A stretch of DNA of 63,981 nt, the filler included. It is 6 parts of 6 records of this genome, joined end to end, with 100 filler letters (N's around TTAATTAATTAA, not from the genome) between each part and the next. Parts side by side here need not be neighbours in the genome. Positions count along the whole stretch, not along the records: positions 28,320 to 55,922 come from DRR723986_4185; positions 56,023 to 63,981 come from DRR723986_4189; 4 more parts are not named here. One strand, given 5' to 3'. Shown piece after piece: positions 48,148-58,647 of this stretch. Both the position numbers and the translations under genes were made by a program. Each line of letters opens with the position of its first letter. Position 1 is the first letter of the stretch. The notes beneath the pieces are model-generated. The model worked only from the letters and a program-made list of their open reading frames with translations, was not told the origin of the DNA and did no database searches.

Positions 48148-49782
48148 ATGAATAAGAATTTGAAGAAATATATTAATTCTCCAGTTAAACTTATACTCTT
48201 TTTAGGATTAATATCTATGCCTTTGTTTGCCTTAGGTCAAAGCGAAGCCTTAGATCCAGCAAAGCGTGAGGGGTTTATTCAAGAAGCAACTCAATTGAGA
48301 AGTAAGGAAAATTATGTTGGCGCGATTGCTCAGTTGGATAGCATTCTAGTTCATAATCCTCTGGATGCACAAATTTTACTTTTCAAAGGAGACCTTTGTC
48401 TTCAGAATCAGGATTTTGCTCAAGCCGTGGAGGTTTATTCTTCGTTGGTGCCATTAGAATTTGAAAGCACAATAGTTCGGGTAAACTTGTCCTATGCACT
48501 TTTTATGAGTAAAAAGCCATCCAAAGCGCTGGAAGCTGCTTATAGTGCGTGGAACCAGGATCAGGAAAACAAAAGTGCTGTGGTCAACTATTTCAATGCG
48601 CTTCTGTGGAATGTAAAAACTAAAGATGCTGAAGCGTTTTTAAATGATAATGCCGGCTTCGTAGATGAAGATCAGGTTTTGGTGATGAAAGCCAGATTAT
48701 ACACTACAGGCGGTGCTTATACCCAAGGTCAACTTTATTACGATTCCTTAATCCAAAGATTTCCAAAAGCTCCTTATATACAGGAGTTTACCGAGGTGCT
48801 CGCTGGGAAAAAACAGTGGGATAAGGCAGCTAAGATCCTGAACGATTATGAAGATGAATTGTCAGATTCCCAAAAGGAAAAGCTGGGTGGCCTCCTAAGT
48901 CAGGGAGATAAGCAAATTGCCGGAATTGCAGTAGGGTACTTTGCGGATGTGGCTAAAAACACAAGAACAGAGCAATCTATTTTCTGGCAAAACCAATTAA
49001 GTGCTCCTTTACAAGTAAATGTAAGAGCGGGTGCAAATCAGGTAAAAGCACCGGAAGGTCAGTTGACTAAGACAAAGTTTATTGCTGCAGGAGTAGGAAT
49101 CAATTGGAGCCAGGCCTTACAAAGTAGTGCTGAGATTGTTGCGCAGCAAGTTTCCCCTGAAGAAGGCGATTCTTTTACAGGAGTGACTGGAAAATTTGAA
49201 ACTAAATATCAGCCCAATGATAGAAGGATGGTTGGGCTTACCTATAGTTCTGAGATACTAAATTTTACAGCAGATTTGCTAGGAAAAGATATCAGAAGTC
49301 AAAGTCTGGGGTATGTGACTCATATTATGTTTGGCGGTAAAACAGGCTTCTTTTCTCAGGGAAATGTAGGTTTTCTAAATGATCAGAATTCCAGACTTCA
49401 GTTTTTCGGTTCAGTTTACAGGTTGTTGAGAACAGAGCCTACTTTGAAAACTGGGTTGAACTTTTCTGCACTCAGCTTTAGTGATTCTGAGACCACGTTG
49501 TATTTCGCACCTGATCAGTTTTTAAGCACTGAAGTATTTGTTGACTATAGTACTCCATTGCCTTTGGTGTCAAAGATGGCGCTCAAAATTCAAGCTGCGG
49601 CAGGATTGCAACAAATAGAAAAGCAAGGATGGGATCCATCTTTTAGAGCGCAAGCTGAGATTAATTATAGAGTTAATGGATTTGATTTTGGCCTCAACGG
49701 GCAATTCAGCAATGTGGCAGCTGCCTCAGGAACGGGCTACAGCTTTCATTATATCACACTTAAAGTGCTAAAAAGTTTCTAA
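48148..49782 (+). CDS. Secreted TPR plus outer-membrane beta-barrel protein
   Basis: Own signal peptide MNKNLKKY...LFALG-QS; TPR helices; amphipathic beta strands with LYFAPDQF; terminal Phe. Confidence 0.75.
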   Translation: MNKNLKKYINSPVKLILFLGLISMPLFALGQSEALDPAKREGFIQEATQLRSKENYVGAIAQLDSILVHNPLDAQILLFKGDLCLQNQDFAQAVEVYSSLVPLEFESTIVRVNLSYALFMSKKPSKALEAAYSAWNQDQENKSAVVNYFNALLWNVKTKDAEAFLNDNAGFVDEDQVLVMKARLYTTGGAYTQGQLYYDSLIQRFPKAPYIQEFTEVLAGKKQWDKAAKILNDYEDELSDSQKEKLGGLLSQGDKQIAGIAVGYFADVAKNTRTEQSIFWQNQLSAPLQVNVRAGANQVKAPEGQLTKTKFIAAGVGINWSQALQSSAEIVAQQVSPEEGDSFTGVTGKFETKYQPNDRRMVGLTYSSEILNFTADLLGKDIRSQSLGYVTHIMFGGKTGFFSQGNVGFLNDQNSRLQFFGSVYRLLRTEPTLKTGLNFSALSFSDSETTLYFAPDQFLSTEVFVDYSTPLPLVSKMALKIQAAAGLQQIEKQGWDPSFRAQAEINYRVNGFDFGLNGQFSNVAAASGTGYSFHYITLKVLKSF

Positions 49783-49813
49783 AGAGTACCCGCTTAAGTT
49801 GTTTAATTCACCC

Positions 49814-49844
49814 AAGTCCCTTTCCATTTGGAGAGGGCTTTTTT
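49814..49844 (+). terminator. Rho-independent terminator ending the cluster
   Basis: AAGTCCCTTTCC-ATTT-GGAGAGGGCTT then TTTT. Confidence 0.7.
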
Positions 49845-49983
49845 AATCTAAATAACTATCCGCAATGGAGCTCGCCGCCTTAGATTCCCATCGGACACAC
49901 CGACCCCAAGTATTATGGCTACTACCATCATTGCGAAAAATCAAATCTATTTTTAACTTGAATGAAACAAAACGTACTAGCAG

Positions 49984-50823
49984 ATGAGATTTTTTGAGTT
50001 TGTCCAAATTAGTAGAAAGGTTGTCGTTGTTTTAATTTTTTGTGGTTTAGGCGCCTGCGAGCAAAAAGAAGCGGAAGCCCCCATTCCAAAGATGCCTTTT
50101 TTAGAAAGTGAATGGATTGACTTGTCGTATGCTTTTGATTCTACCACCTTGTACTGGCCTAATAATCCTGATGGATTTCAGCACAGAGTTGATGCGGAAG
50201 GTGTGACTGACTTGGGGTATTATTATTCTTCCTATACGATTTTGACCCCCGAACATGGTGGTACGCATCTGGATGCGCCTATTCACTTTTTTGCAAAAGG
50301 AGAAACGGTAGACGAACTTCCTTTGTCCAAATTGACGGGAGAGGCAGTGGTAATAGATGTGAGTGGAAAAGCCTTGGAAGACCGGGATTATTTGATCGAT
50401 TCTGTAGCTATTTTGAATTGGGAAGCAGAGCATGGAAAAATCCCAGCCCAGGCGATGGTGTTATTTCGCACTGGATATGGGAAATTTTATCCTGATCGGG
50501 AAGCTTATTTTGGCACTGCTAAATCGGGCGCAGAAGCGATTCCCGAGCTCCATTTTCCGGGGATTCAGCCCGAAACGGCTACTTGGCTTGCCAAAACACG
50601 TAAAGTGAAAGCAGTGGGGTTGGATACCCCAAGTTTAGACTTTGGTCAGTCCAAGGACTTTGCAGCGCATCAAGCCTTGATGGAAAACCAAATTCCCGGA
50701 TTTGAAAATGTCGCCAACTTGGATTTACTTCCCCCGACTGGCATTTACGTAGTTGCACTTCCTATGAAAATCAAAGGAGGGAGTGGAGGTCCCTTAAGGA
50801 TTATAGCCACTATAATTGAATGA
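49984..50823 (+). CDS. Cyclase family (kynurenine formamidase-like) metallohydrolase, probable lipoprotein
   Basis: EHGGTHLDAP, GLDTPSLD, ALPMKIKGGSGGPLR; LGAC lipobox. Confidence 0.9.
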   Translation: MRFFEFVQISRKVVVVLIFCGLGACEQKEAEAPIPKMPFLESEWIDLSYAFDSTTLYWPNNPDGFQHRVDAEGVTDLGYYYSSYTILTPEHGGTHLDAPIHFFAKGETVDELPLSKLTGEAVVIDVSGKALEDRDYLIDSVAILNWEAEHGKIPAQAMVLFRTGYGKFYPDREAYFGTAKSGAEAIPELHFPGIQPETATWLAKTRKVKAVGLDTPSLDFGQSKDFAAHQALMENQIPGFENVANLDLLPPTGIYVVALPMKIKGGSGGPLRIIATIIE

Positions 50824-50827
50824 TATT

Positions 50828-51490
50828 TTAGGAGCCTAGCTTCTCAAGTGCTTCTCGGATTTTGTCCTGTCCTTTTATCATCTCAAATGATATGATCGAA
50901 GCGAGTTTGGAATCCAAAACTTCCACCAGGGTTTCAGCGACATCTTCCCGTGATATTTCACCACGCTTACCAAGGATTTGGGCAGCTTCAATTTTGCCTG
51001 TTCCAGTCTCGTTTGTCAATGTTCCCGGGCGAACGATAGTGTAATTCAAATCGCTTTTTATCAAGTGCTCGTCTGCTTTATGCTTGGCAAGCAAATATCC
51101 ATGCATTTTTGAATCTTCGAAATCTTCAGGATTACCAGCCCCCATGGAGCTTAGCATGACAAATTTTTCAATTTTATGATTTTGAGCGAAGTCAATACTC
51201 TTTATAGCACCATCCTGGTCAACCGCTATGGTTTTTTCTGGACCTGTTGAACCTCCAGAGCCTGCGGCAAAAATTACTTTTGAAACGCCAGTAAAAGCAG
51301 ATTCAAAATCTTTTTCCAGATCGCCCATCACGGTTTCTATTCCCTTATCCTCAAAATATTCCTTCTGAGCTTCCTTTCTGATCATGGCGAGAGGAGAATA
51401 AGAAGAAGAGGACTTTAATAAATTACATATGAGTTTACCAGTGCTTCCATTAGCACCGATGATCAATACTTTTTGCTTTTCGGTATTCAT
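50828..51490 (-). CDS. Atypical SDR / NAD(P)H-binding protein
   Basis: IIGANGSTG, FAAGSGG, YLLAKHKAD, IVRPG, ISREDVA. Confidence 0.9.
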   Translation of the reverse strand: MNTEKQKVLIIGANGSTGKLICNLLKSSSSYSPLAMIRKEAQKEYFEDKGIETVMGDLEKDFESAFTGVSKVIFAAGSGGSTGPEKTIAVDQDGAIKSIDFAQNHKIEKFVMLSSMGAGNPEDFEDSKMHGYLLAKHKADEHLIKSDLNYTIVRPGTLTNETGTGKIEAAQILGKRGEISREDVAETLVEVLDSKLASIISFEMIKGQDKIREALEKLGS

Positions 51491-51699
51491 GAGTTTTTTT
51501 TATTGGCAAAAGTCCAATAAGCAAGCCACTACTTGTATTTGTTAGATTCTAAGGTTCTCATTTCAACAAAAAACCCAGGTAAATTGAAGTAAAATGCAAT
51601 TTCCCATGGGTCGAAGATGTAGTATGGAATGGTGAGAATGAATGCCAGTATATGCTAAAAAGGTTCTAAGAGAAAAGGCTTAAAAATAAGCGTATAGGC

Positions 51700-52554
51700 T
51701 TAATAGGCTGTTTTGATCAGCCTAGAAACGATAATTCCGGATTGAGTTTTATTGCCTGCGAGATACTCACTCAAGGGTTTTTCGGATATCTCCACTTCTC
51801 TGTTTTTAGAGCTTGCGTGCATCAAATGAATTCTTCCATTTTTCTCAATAGCGAAGCCCGTGTGCACAACGTCTAGATTAGTCATGGAGGTGGTGATGGC
51901 AATGATATCCCCAGATTGTATATTTTTTTCAAGGGATTGAATATCCGCCTTCGGAACATAGTAATACCCACGCTCGTTAATTTTTGACTCAGTTTCTTTG
52001 ATGGCGTCCAAGTTCTCGGATTCACTTAGTTGCCTGTAAAATTGAGGGTTTTCAGACATAAAAGTAGGAGCATTGGTATAAGGAGACCCCCCGATTTCCT
52101 TGGTAACATCCTTCAAAATGCCCTTAAGTTCGTTTTCAAAAATCCAGTCAGAAAAATAATGAAGTCGGGTAGCATACCCTTCGTTGGTTCCATCTCTATA
52201 CCTAAGATTTTCCAACTCCTTTTCGAATTCCTGGAAAGTGAATTCACCCTCTTCTGCAATTCGTGTAAGTGTGATAACAGTCTCCACATAAGTGGTGCAG
52301 TCCAGACCAGTCAAGTTGATTACCAACTTTTCTTCACCCGGAAGCTCCAGCGTTTTTTCCACATAGGGAGTTTTAAGGAATTTCTTTCCGATCTCGATTA
52401 CCCGCTCATTTAAAGTTTTATCGCTAAGACCTTCCAATGCGAGTTGGTCCAGCATCTCCTCAAGTTTTTCTCTGCTCTCTAAAGTGCAGACCGTTTGGGC
52501 AGGGGAGAGGAATGGTAGGATGAGAAATAGGACTAACGGAATAATCTTGTTCAT
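51700..52554 (-). CDS. DUF1460 NlpC/P60-like N-acetylmuramoyl-L-alanine amidase (AmiA-like)
   Basis: Signal peptide; LDCTTYVE (Cys), RLHYFSDW, LDVVHTG, LMHASS. Confidence 0.88.
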   Translation of the reverse strand: MNKIIPLVLFLILPFLSPAQTVCTLESREKLEEMLDQLALEGLSDKTLNERVIEIGKKFLKTPYVEKTLELPGEEKLVINLTGLDCTTYVETVITLTRIAEEGEFTFQEFEKELENLRYRDGTNEGYATRLHYFSDWIFENELKGILKDVTKEIGGSPYTNAPTFMSENPQFYRQLSESENLDAIKETESKINERGYYYVPKADIQSLEKNIQSGDIIAITTSMTNLDVVHTGFAIEKNGRIHLMHASSKNREVEISEKPLSEYLAGNKTQSGIIVSRLIKTAY

Positions 52555-53095
52555 AAATGGAATTATTTAGGATGAGCAATCTATCTCATACCACATAACA
52601 TCTAAATAACTCCCAAATAAACAGAATCTGAAAGTTTTCTTTTGTTGGTTCTGCGGTTTTCTTGACTGAACGCTAAATAAGCGTGCCATTTACCGTTCTT
52701 ACAGCCATGGATTCCGCGGCATCCATAAGTGCTTCCCTGCTTATTTTGAAAAGGGAAGGATCAATATTATTCCTGTATCACATATTTATGATCTGATAGC
52801 AAACTTCATAGGTGTTTTGACAGATGAAGAAAGAGACAGATATATTGAGATCTACATGGGGTTTATGCATAGGAGCTTTGCTTTTCCGATTTCATCAAGA
52901 GGGGATGAGCTAAAGTAACTGAGCTAGGAATGCTTTAGGTAGATAGTGTGCAAATAAGGAAAACTTATTTTATGTACATCCTTTTCTACCAATAAAGAGC
53001 CAAAAGCAATTTAAATTATAACAATAAATAATTGAGGCACCTGCGGTCTCCGGTTTCTTCCATCCAAGTAAGCAGGGAATCAAAGACGATTGGCA

Positions 53096-55922
53096 TCATT
53101 GCGAATATTCAAATTTTATTTTATAAAAATTATCCTCCCGATTAGCATCCGGCCTCGTGCCCCAGGGATCAATTCCAACCCATTGCGGTTTTACCTTGGA
53201 AATGATAATCAAGTCACCATTTCCGTTTTTTAGTGGTGATTTATAGGTAGAGATGATTTCAGAGTCTGATTCGATTTGTTCTGGATGATCAGATAAAAGG
53301 GATATAGTAAGAGGTTCATCCATCGCGATTTCTTGAACAGAACCGTCGATTAATGTCTCTAGCTTTTTTGCTGCATAGGCTATTTTCAATTCGTATTCGC
53401 CACTATGCAAGACCTGTATAGTAACGTCCTCAATTTTGATGTCGTAGTGAATTACTTTTTCAAACCAATCGCTAATCAATGCATTTTCGGAAGGCTTGCA
53501 TACTGCGCTTAGTTCGCTTAGAAAATCGCTCACCTTCACCTTTGGTTGGGTATTCTCTCGATTGGTTTCCACAATTTTGTGAATTACTGAATTGAGTTTT
53601 TCCTCATCGATCAATTCCTGAGTTCCTAGCAAACTCAAAAGACTTTTTCCGTAGGATAAATAGCCTTGGTTTTCAACACTGGAGAGCGCTGGCTCTGTTT
53701 CTGAAGCGAAAGCCCTTCCTGAAAAGTAAGTTCTGGTAGCATTGTCGGTCAAGTGCCAAAGTGCTGATTTTCCGATTTCTTTCTCCATCACCATCGCCTC
53801 GGCATATTTTGCAAATCCTTCCACGAAAAGGGAAGCGCCAGGTAGATTTCTTGGTGCTAGAAGATGCCCAAACCATTGATGTGCAACTTCGTGAATTACC
53901 CGCTTGCGCTTTAAATCAAATTGATTCTCGGGCTCGGATCTCACCAGAAAGTAATTGTCCTCAACCATACTGATAATTCCGGGATGGGCAAAGCCTCCAA
54001 ATGCCCAGTAGGATGGTACTTCTACTATTTTAAGATGCTCATCAGGGTATTCACCAAAAGTCTCAGAGAGCATCTCCAAACTGGTTTTCATGATCGCCAA
54101 AGTCTCTTTGGAGCTCAGGTGATGGGCTGGAATTGAGTAAACTTCCAGAAGTTTTCCTTCTAGATTCAATCGTTCTACCTGGTAGATTCCGGAGAAAAAA
54201 GCGATGGCAGGCATTATTTTATGAGGGCTCTTAAACATGAAAGTGGTACGGCTCCCATGGGTTTTTTGCGCGATTAAATCACCTGAGGTTAATGCAATCT
54301 GATTTGAATCTGTACTGATTTCTGCTTCAAAATCAATTTTAGCCAAGTTTCTTTCTAATTGCTCTTTGTGCTCTTGTAAACCGTAAAGATTTGGTTTAAG
54401 AGTTAAACCTCGCTTTTTCCTTTCCTGATTGTCGCTAATTTCCCTCCCTTCAGAATAGCCAAAATAAGGTGAGAAATCACGGAAATTGAGGTAAGTGCCA
54501 TCTTTGATAATAGCAGGATTTGTGGAGAAGATGGAAGGTTTGGTCTGGACTTCAAACGAAAATTCAATCTCTTCCTTAGGTAATAAGGGGATTTCAAACT
54601 CTACTACATAAACTCCCAATGACTCATCTTTTGTGATCTCAGTGGCTTTTTGCAAGCTTAAATTCTTCAATTCCTCTTTTTCAGTTAGCAGCATTTTACT
54701 GATTGGGCTGTCACTGTTGTTTATCAGCTTTCCCTTTACCATTGCGGAATAGGTTCCTTTGGATGGGAAAATGTCCACCTTCATATTCAAAGCTGAGTAA
54801 CTTAAAACAGGGCTTTTTTGCAGGTGCTTATATTTCAATTCATAATCCTGTTTTGCTAAAAGAATCTCATCTCTGCTTTGATAATTTTCCTCATAATTGA
54901 TTTGATGGAAGCTGAACCCAATCACTGCAGTAGATGCCGCCAAGCAGATTAATCCAGCCTTATTGAACTTGTTCCAAGTAAATTTTCCTGATATTCTATC
55001 CAGTGATCCACGCCAATCAGTAATAGAAAATAGCGTGGCGCTTCCTATAAGTAGTACCCAAAGCAAGGCCAAAATCCAAAAACCGGGTGCGTTCATTTCC
55101 CATCCTGCTTGCTCACTATAGGCCAGAGCAGGAAGGTCTCCGATTTTTAGTAAGGGATGATTAAGTCCCAATGCGGTGCCCAATGGGCCTGCGAATAAGG
55201 CGAATGCAAGGACTGACAGTCCCATTCCAAGGTAATTGCTTCGAGAGAAATTCTGAATCAAAAGAAAAAAGCAAGCATAGAAGAGAAGGGGGATTCCGGG
55301 ATAAATCAACAGGCTTAAAATCGCTAGACTATCCATATTTAGGTAGCCTTGCAGCAATTGGAAACTTAAGGAAATAACCACCGTCATTCCGATCAAAAGC
55401 ATTACTAGAATTGAGAGTGAACCCAGTTTAGAAAGGAAAAAATAGGTATTTGGAATAGGAGTGGCACTTATGATTTCATGTGACTTTACATTTTTCACTC
55501 GCCAGACTAATTCACCTGAGAAAAACACCAGCAGCAAGATTCCAAATAGATACAAAGGCTGTTGAACCTGCTCCAAAAGCAGTTGGCTGGCAGGAAAGTA
55601 ATTCTCATCATAGGCTCCTCCTGCATAGATTTTTGAATAAATTTCGGTTACAGCCAGTACTATCCAAATCCCCAACACAGCCCAAAAGGCAATGCTTTGG
55701 AATATGAATTTCAGATCCATTCGGATCAGAGAAGTAAGGATTGGGAAGTAATTACAGATTGAACTAGAAGCCGTTTTTGGTTTAGGGAGTGAAAGACGAT
55801 TTAGACTTTCATCTTCTTTGAGAGGTTCAGTTTTTTGCTGTTTTTGATGGGAGGATCTAAAAGAGAATTTGCGATAGCAAGCTGTCAAAACCAATCCGCT
55901 GATCCCTAGCCAGATTAATCTG
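53096..55922 (-). CDS. ABC-2 permease / M1 aminopeptidase fusion (5' truncated by contig edge)
   Basis: Multi-TM region with FFSGELVWR; HEVAHQWFG plus downstream EGFA (HEXXH-18-E); frame open to the contig end. Confidence 0.88.
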
Positions 55923-56022
55923 NNNNNNNNNNNNNNNNNNNNNNNNNNNNNNNNNNNNNNNNNNNNTTAATTAATTAANNNNNNNNNNNNNNNNNNNNNN
56001 NNNNNNNNNNNNNNNNNNNNNN
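55923..56022. other. Artificial contig linker
   Basis: N-run, TTAATTAATTAA, N-run. Confidence 0.98.
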
Positions 56023-56155
56023 CTGAAAGCTCCTCGGAACGCACCGACGACAAATACTCTGCCAGTGGCACCAGCCAGTCCGGACAACGTGTGGGCACCC
56101 CGTTATCCAGTAAAGATTGAATCTGTTGTTCTGCTCGTTTTTCAGACAGGAACAT
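56023..56155 (-). CDS. Hypothetical protein, 5' fragment
   Basis: ATG ORF running into the linker; no recognisable motif. Confidence 0.45.
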
Positions 56156-56278
56156 AGCTCTTACTCACGCAGATCCGGCAGTCGGAATTATTGGACTTGT
56201 TTGAACTTGATAACTGTCAATATTAACGGCATATGCGCCAGATCCTGCAGAACCCAGATCAATTTTTCTGACGGGTTT

Positions 56279-57802
56279 TCAGGGCAACCGGTAGCGGCTG
56301 ATCAACTCGTCCACCCGGACCACGCTGTTCTCCAGCTCACCCGCCATGTTCTGCACACTGTCGGCCTCTTTGGCCACCTCAGCGTTACGGGTCGCAACCG
56401 CATGAATGTTCTCGTTGATCTGCAACGACGTGGCTGCCTGTTGCTCGCAGGCCGCCGCGATCTGGTTGTTCATACTGCTGACCGAATCAATGGCCTGTTC
56501 AATGCGGTTAATAGCCTCCGCGGCTTGCTGAATCGCCCGGTTGGATTCTGTGGAGCGCGTCTGCCCCATTTCCATGGCGGCAGTGGTGGCCTCGGACAGG
56601 TTCTTCAACTCATCCACTGTGGCACGAATTTCCTCGGTGAATTCCTGAGTGCGGCGCGACAGAGATCGAACCTCATCGGCGACCACAGCAAATCCGCGGC
56701 CATGCTCTCCTGCCCGGGCTGCCTCGATAGCCGCATTCAGCGCCAGCAGATTAGTCTGGTCGGAGATATCGTGAATCGAACCGGTAACCCGCGCGATGGA
56801 TTCCACCTTGCCTGCCAACTGTTCCACCATTCGGGCACTGTCTTCCAGTGCCTTGTTAGTTGCATCCGTCATGGTTCGGGCACTGGTCATGGCCTGGCTG
56901 CCTGCGGAAGCGGAATCCGCCGCATCGCTGGCGGCTTCCGACGCCAGTTGAGCATTGTGCGCCACTTCCTGCACGCTGGCCGACATCTCGTTGGTGGCGG
57001 TGGCTACCTGATCAGCCTGCTGTTGCTGCTCATCTACAAATCGACGAGTGCTCTCGCTCGCCCGCAACAGCTGTTCGGAATTCCGACGCAGCTCCAGCGA
57101 GAACTCTCGCATTTGCCGGATCAGCTCGCAGGACTTTTCCATCATGTCGTTGAAGGATTTGGCACTGGCGTTACCGTCTGTGGCGGGCAGGCGGCCGGAC
57201 AGATCATGTTCCCGGTCAAAGTCGCGGACAATGGCCATCATGCGAAATGCCTGATGTCTCTCCTGTTTCATCTGCACCGCAAAGAACACCAGAATGCCGG
57301 CCTCAAACACCACAAAGGCGGCGTGAAGGAAGGCGATACCCCAGCTACAGCCATAGTTGAAAATCATCAATGGCATTCCGCCCACCTCAGCTTCTGAAAG
57401 CTGCAAAGCGGTCAATAACAGATGGTGGGCGGCAATGGTGACGGCCGCAGCAACAACCGGCACCCAGTCCCGGTAAATGATCACCAGAGCCAGGGCCGAG
57501 AAGATGTGGAAATGCATTTCGATACGGCCCATCTGGGCCTGAATCATAATGGCCGAATACAGCATCAGGCAGGCCGCGAACAGAACAGAACTCGCCCGGG
57601 TGCCCCGCAGCAGGTAGTAGCCCGCCAGTGTCACCACACCCACCAACACCGAAGCCGCCAGTGCAAAACTATGGGTACCATAACCCCAGGGCACCCACAG
57701 CCCCACCACAGGTACATGGGCCAACAGAATAAAGAGCATCTGGCGGTCGGTTACCAGCGCCTGTTCTTTCGCCAGATCGTCAATCGCAATGCTGTTTGCC
57801 AC
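56279..57802 (-). CDS. Methyl-accepting chemotaxis protein with His-rich multi-TM integral membrane sensor domain
   Basis: GTG after GAGG; TM region with EMHFHIF, AAHHLL and LHAAFVVFE; signalling motif [31 protein letters not shown]. Confidence 0.93.
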   Translation of the reverse strand: MANSIAIDDLAKEQALVTDRQMLFILLAHVPVVGLWVPWGYGTHSFALAASVLVGVVTLAGYYLLRGTRASSVLFAACLMLYSAIMIQAQMGRIEMHFHIFSALALVIIYRDWVPVVAAAVTIAAHHLLLTALQLSEAEVGGMPLMIFNYGCSWGIAFLHAAFVVFEAGILVFFAVQMKQERHQAFRMMAIVRDFDREHDLSGRLPATDGNASAKSFNDMMEKSCELIRQMREFSLELRRNSEQLLRASESTRRFVDEQQQQADQVATATNEMSASVQEVAHNAQLASEAASDAADSASAGSQAMTSARTMTDATNKALEDSARMVEQLAGKVESIARVTGSIHDISDQTNLLALNAAIEAARAGEHGRGFAVVADEVRSLSRRTQEFTEEIRATVDELKNLSEATTAAMEMGQTRSTESNRAIQQAAEAINRIEQAIDSVSSMNNQIAAACEQQAATSLQINENIHAVATRNAEVAKEADSVQNMAGELENSVVRVDELISRYRLP

Positions 57803-57813
57803 GGCTGAAACCC

Positions 57814-58383
57814 TCAAAATTGCGACAGAAGCCGCTGAATGTCTTGCTCAACCCGGGCCAGATCCAGCGCCGGGGAGCTGTAAAGCAAATGGCGCCGATT
57901 ATCTGCGGTGACGGCGTAAATCCGTGCACTGTGGTCGAAATCGTACTGATCACCGTTACCCACTTTCGCGGCATATTCGGCAAACCCCATCGCCAGTTCT
58001 TGCGCAGCGGCCTGAGATACGGGCCGGACGGCCTGAAAACCCTCGCCCATACTGGCCATAATCCGGTCAAGCTCCTGCTGGCTGTCTCGTTCGGGATCCA
58101 GTGTTACAAATACGAAGCGCACCGGTTCGTCGGCCATTCGGTCGTGAAGCTCCTTCAAGTTGACCAGTTGCAGCGGACAGACCGTGCCGCAATGCTGGTA
58201 GCCGAAAAACACCAGCCGAATCTCCTCGCTGCCACGCTGATACCCGGGTAACGGAGGTACTTCAATATTAGTTTTGAAGCCGTAGTAATCGCCATCACGG
58301 GTGATATGGCCCAGCAACGGTAAAGACACCAACAGACCGATCACCAACAAGATGACACCGGTAATCGCAGAACGTGTTCGCAT
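57814..58383 (-). CDS. SCO1/SenC family copper chaperone
   Basis: N-terminal [14 protein letters not shown] (CxxxC), [12 protein letters not shown] (His ligand). Confidence 0.92.
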   Translation of the reverse strand: MRTRSAITGVILLVIGLLVSLPLLGHITRDGDYYGFKTNIEVPPLPGYQRGSEEIRLVFFGYQHCGTVCPLQLVNLKELHDRMADEPVRFVFVTLDPERDSQQELDRIMASMGEGFQAVRPVSQAAAQELAMGFAEYAAKVGNGDQYDFDHSARIYAVTADNRRHLLYSSPALDLARVEQDIQRLLSQF

Positions 58384-58413
58384 TGAGTCATCTCCTGAGC
58401 AACGGTAAACAGG

Positions 58414-58440
58414 TTATCGGCTGAAGGAACCATGGGCTTA
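58414..58440 (-). promoter_or_regulatory. sigma28 (FliA) promoter of the SCO-MCP operon
   Basis: Minus strand TAAG-N15-GCCGATAA, 30 bp upstream of the SCO ATG. Confidence 0.8.
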
Positions 58441-58647
58441 TAAGGTTATTCCGAGATATTCCTTACAGGGTGATGATACGTTGCGAAGGCTCAGGGGTTC
58501 ACATACATACCCGGCAGATGCGTAGATATAACCATCGTCACGACAACAAGGCGGACCGAGACCCAACTGTGAACACAGCGGGTGCGGCAACTGTCGAGTT
58601 CTGTCATGATTGGCGGCTGATTTCTGACGGATCAGGAACTGTCTCAC

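Noticed and set aside
47092-49782. Single 896-aa protein as a plain gene call
   Set aside because: An internal signal peptide at 48148 and a better antisense STAS gene argue for three genes; reported as a finding instead.
52670-52918. 82-codon open frame on + in the 540-bp gap, possibly a gene remnant
   Set aside because: No usable start codon and no motif I can assign with confidence.
49984-55922. Cyclase, SDR, amidase and M1 peptidase genes as part of the H-NOX cluster
   Set aside because: They lie beyond a terminator, lack the TTCCA-N5-WGGAA operator and are common stand-alone genes.
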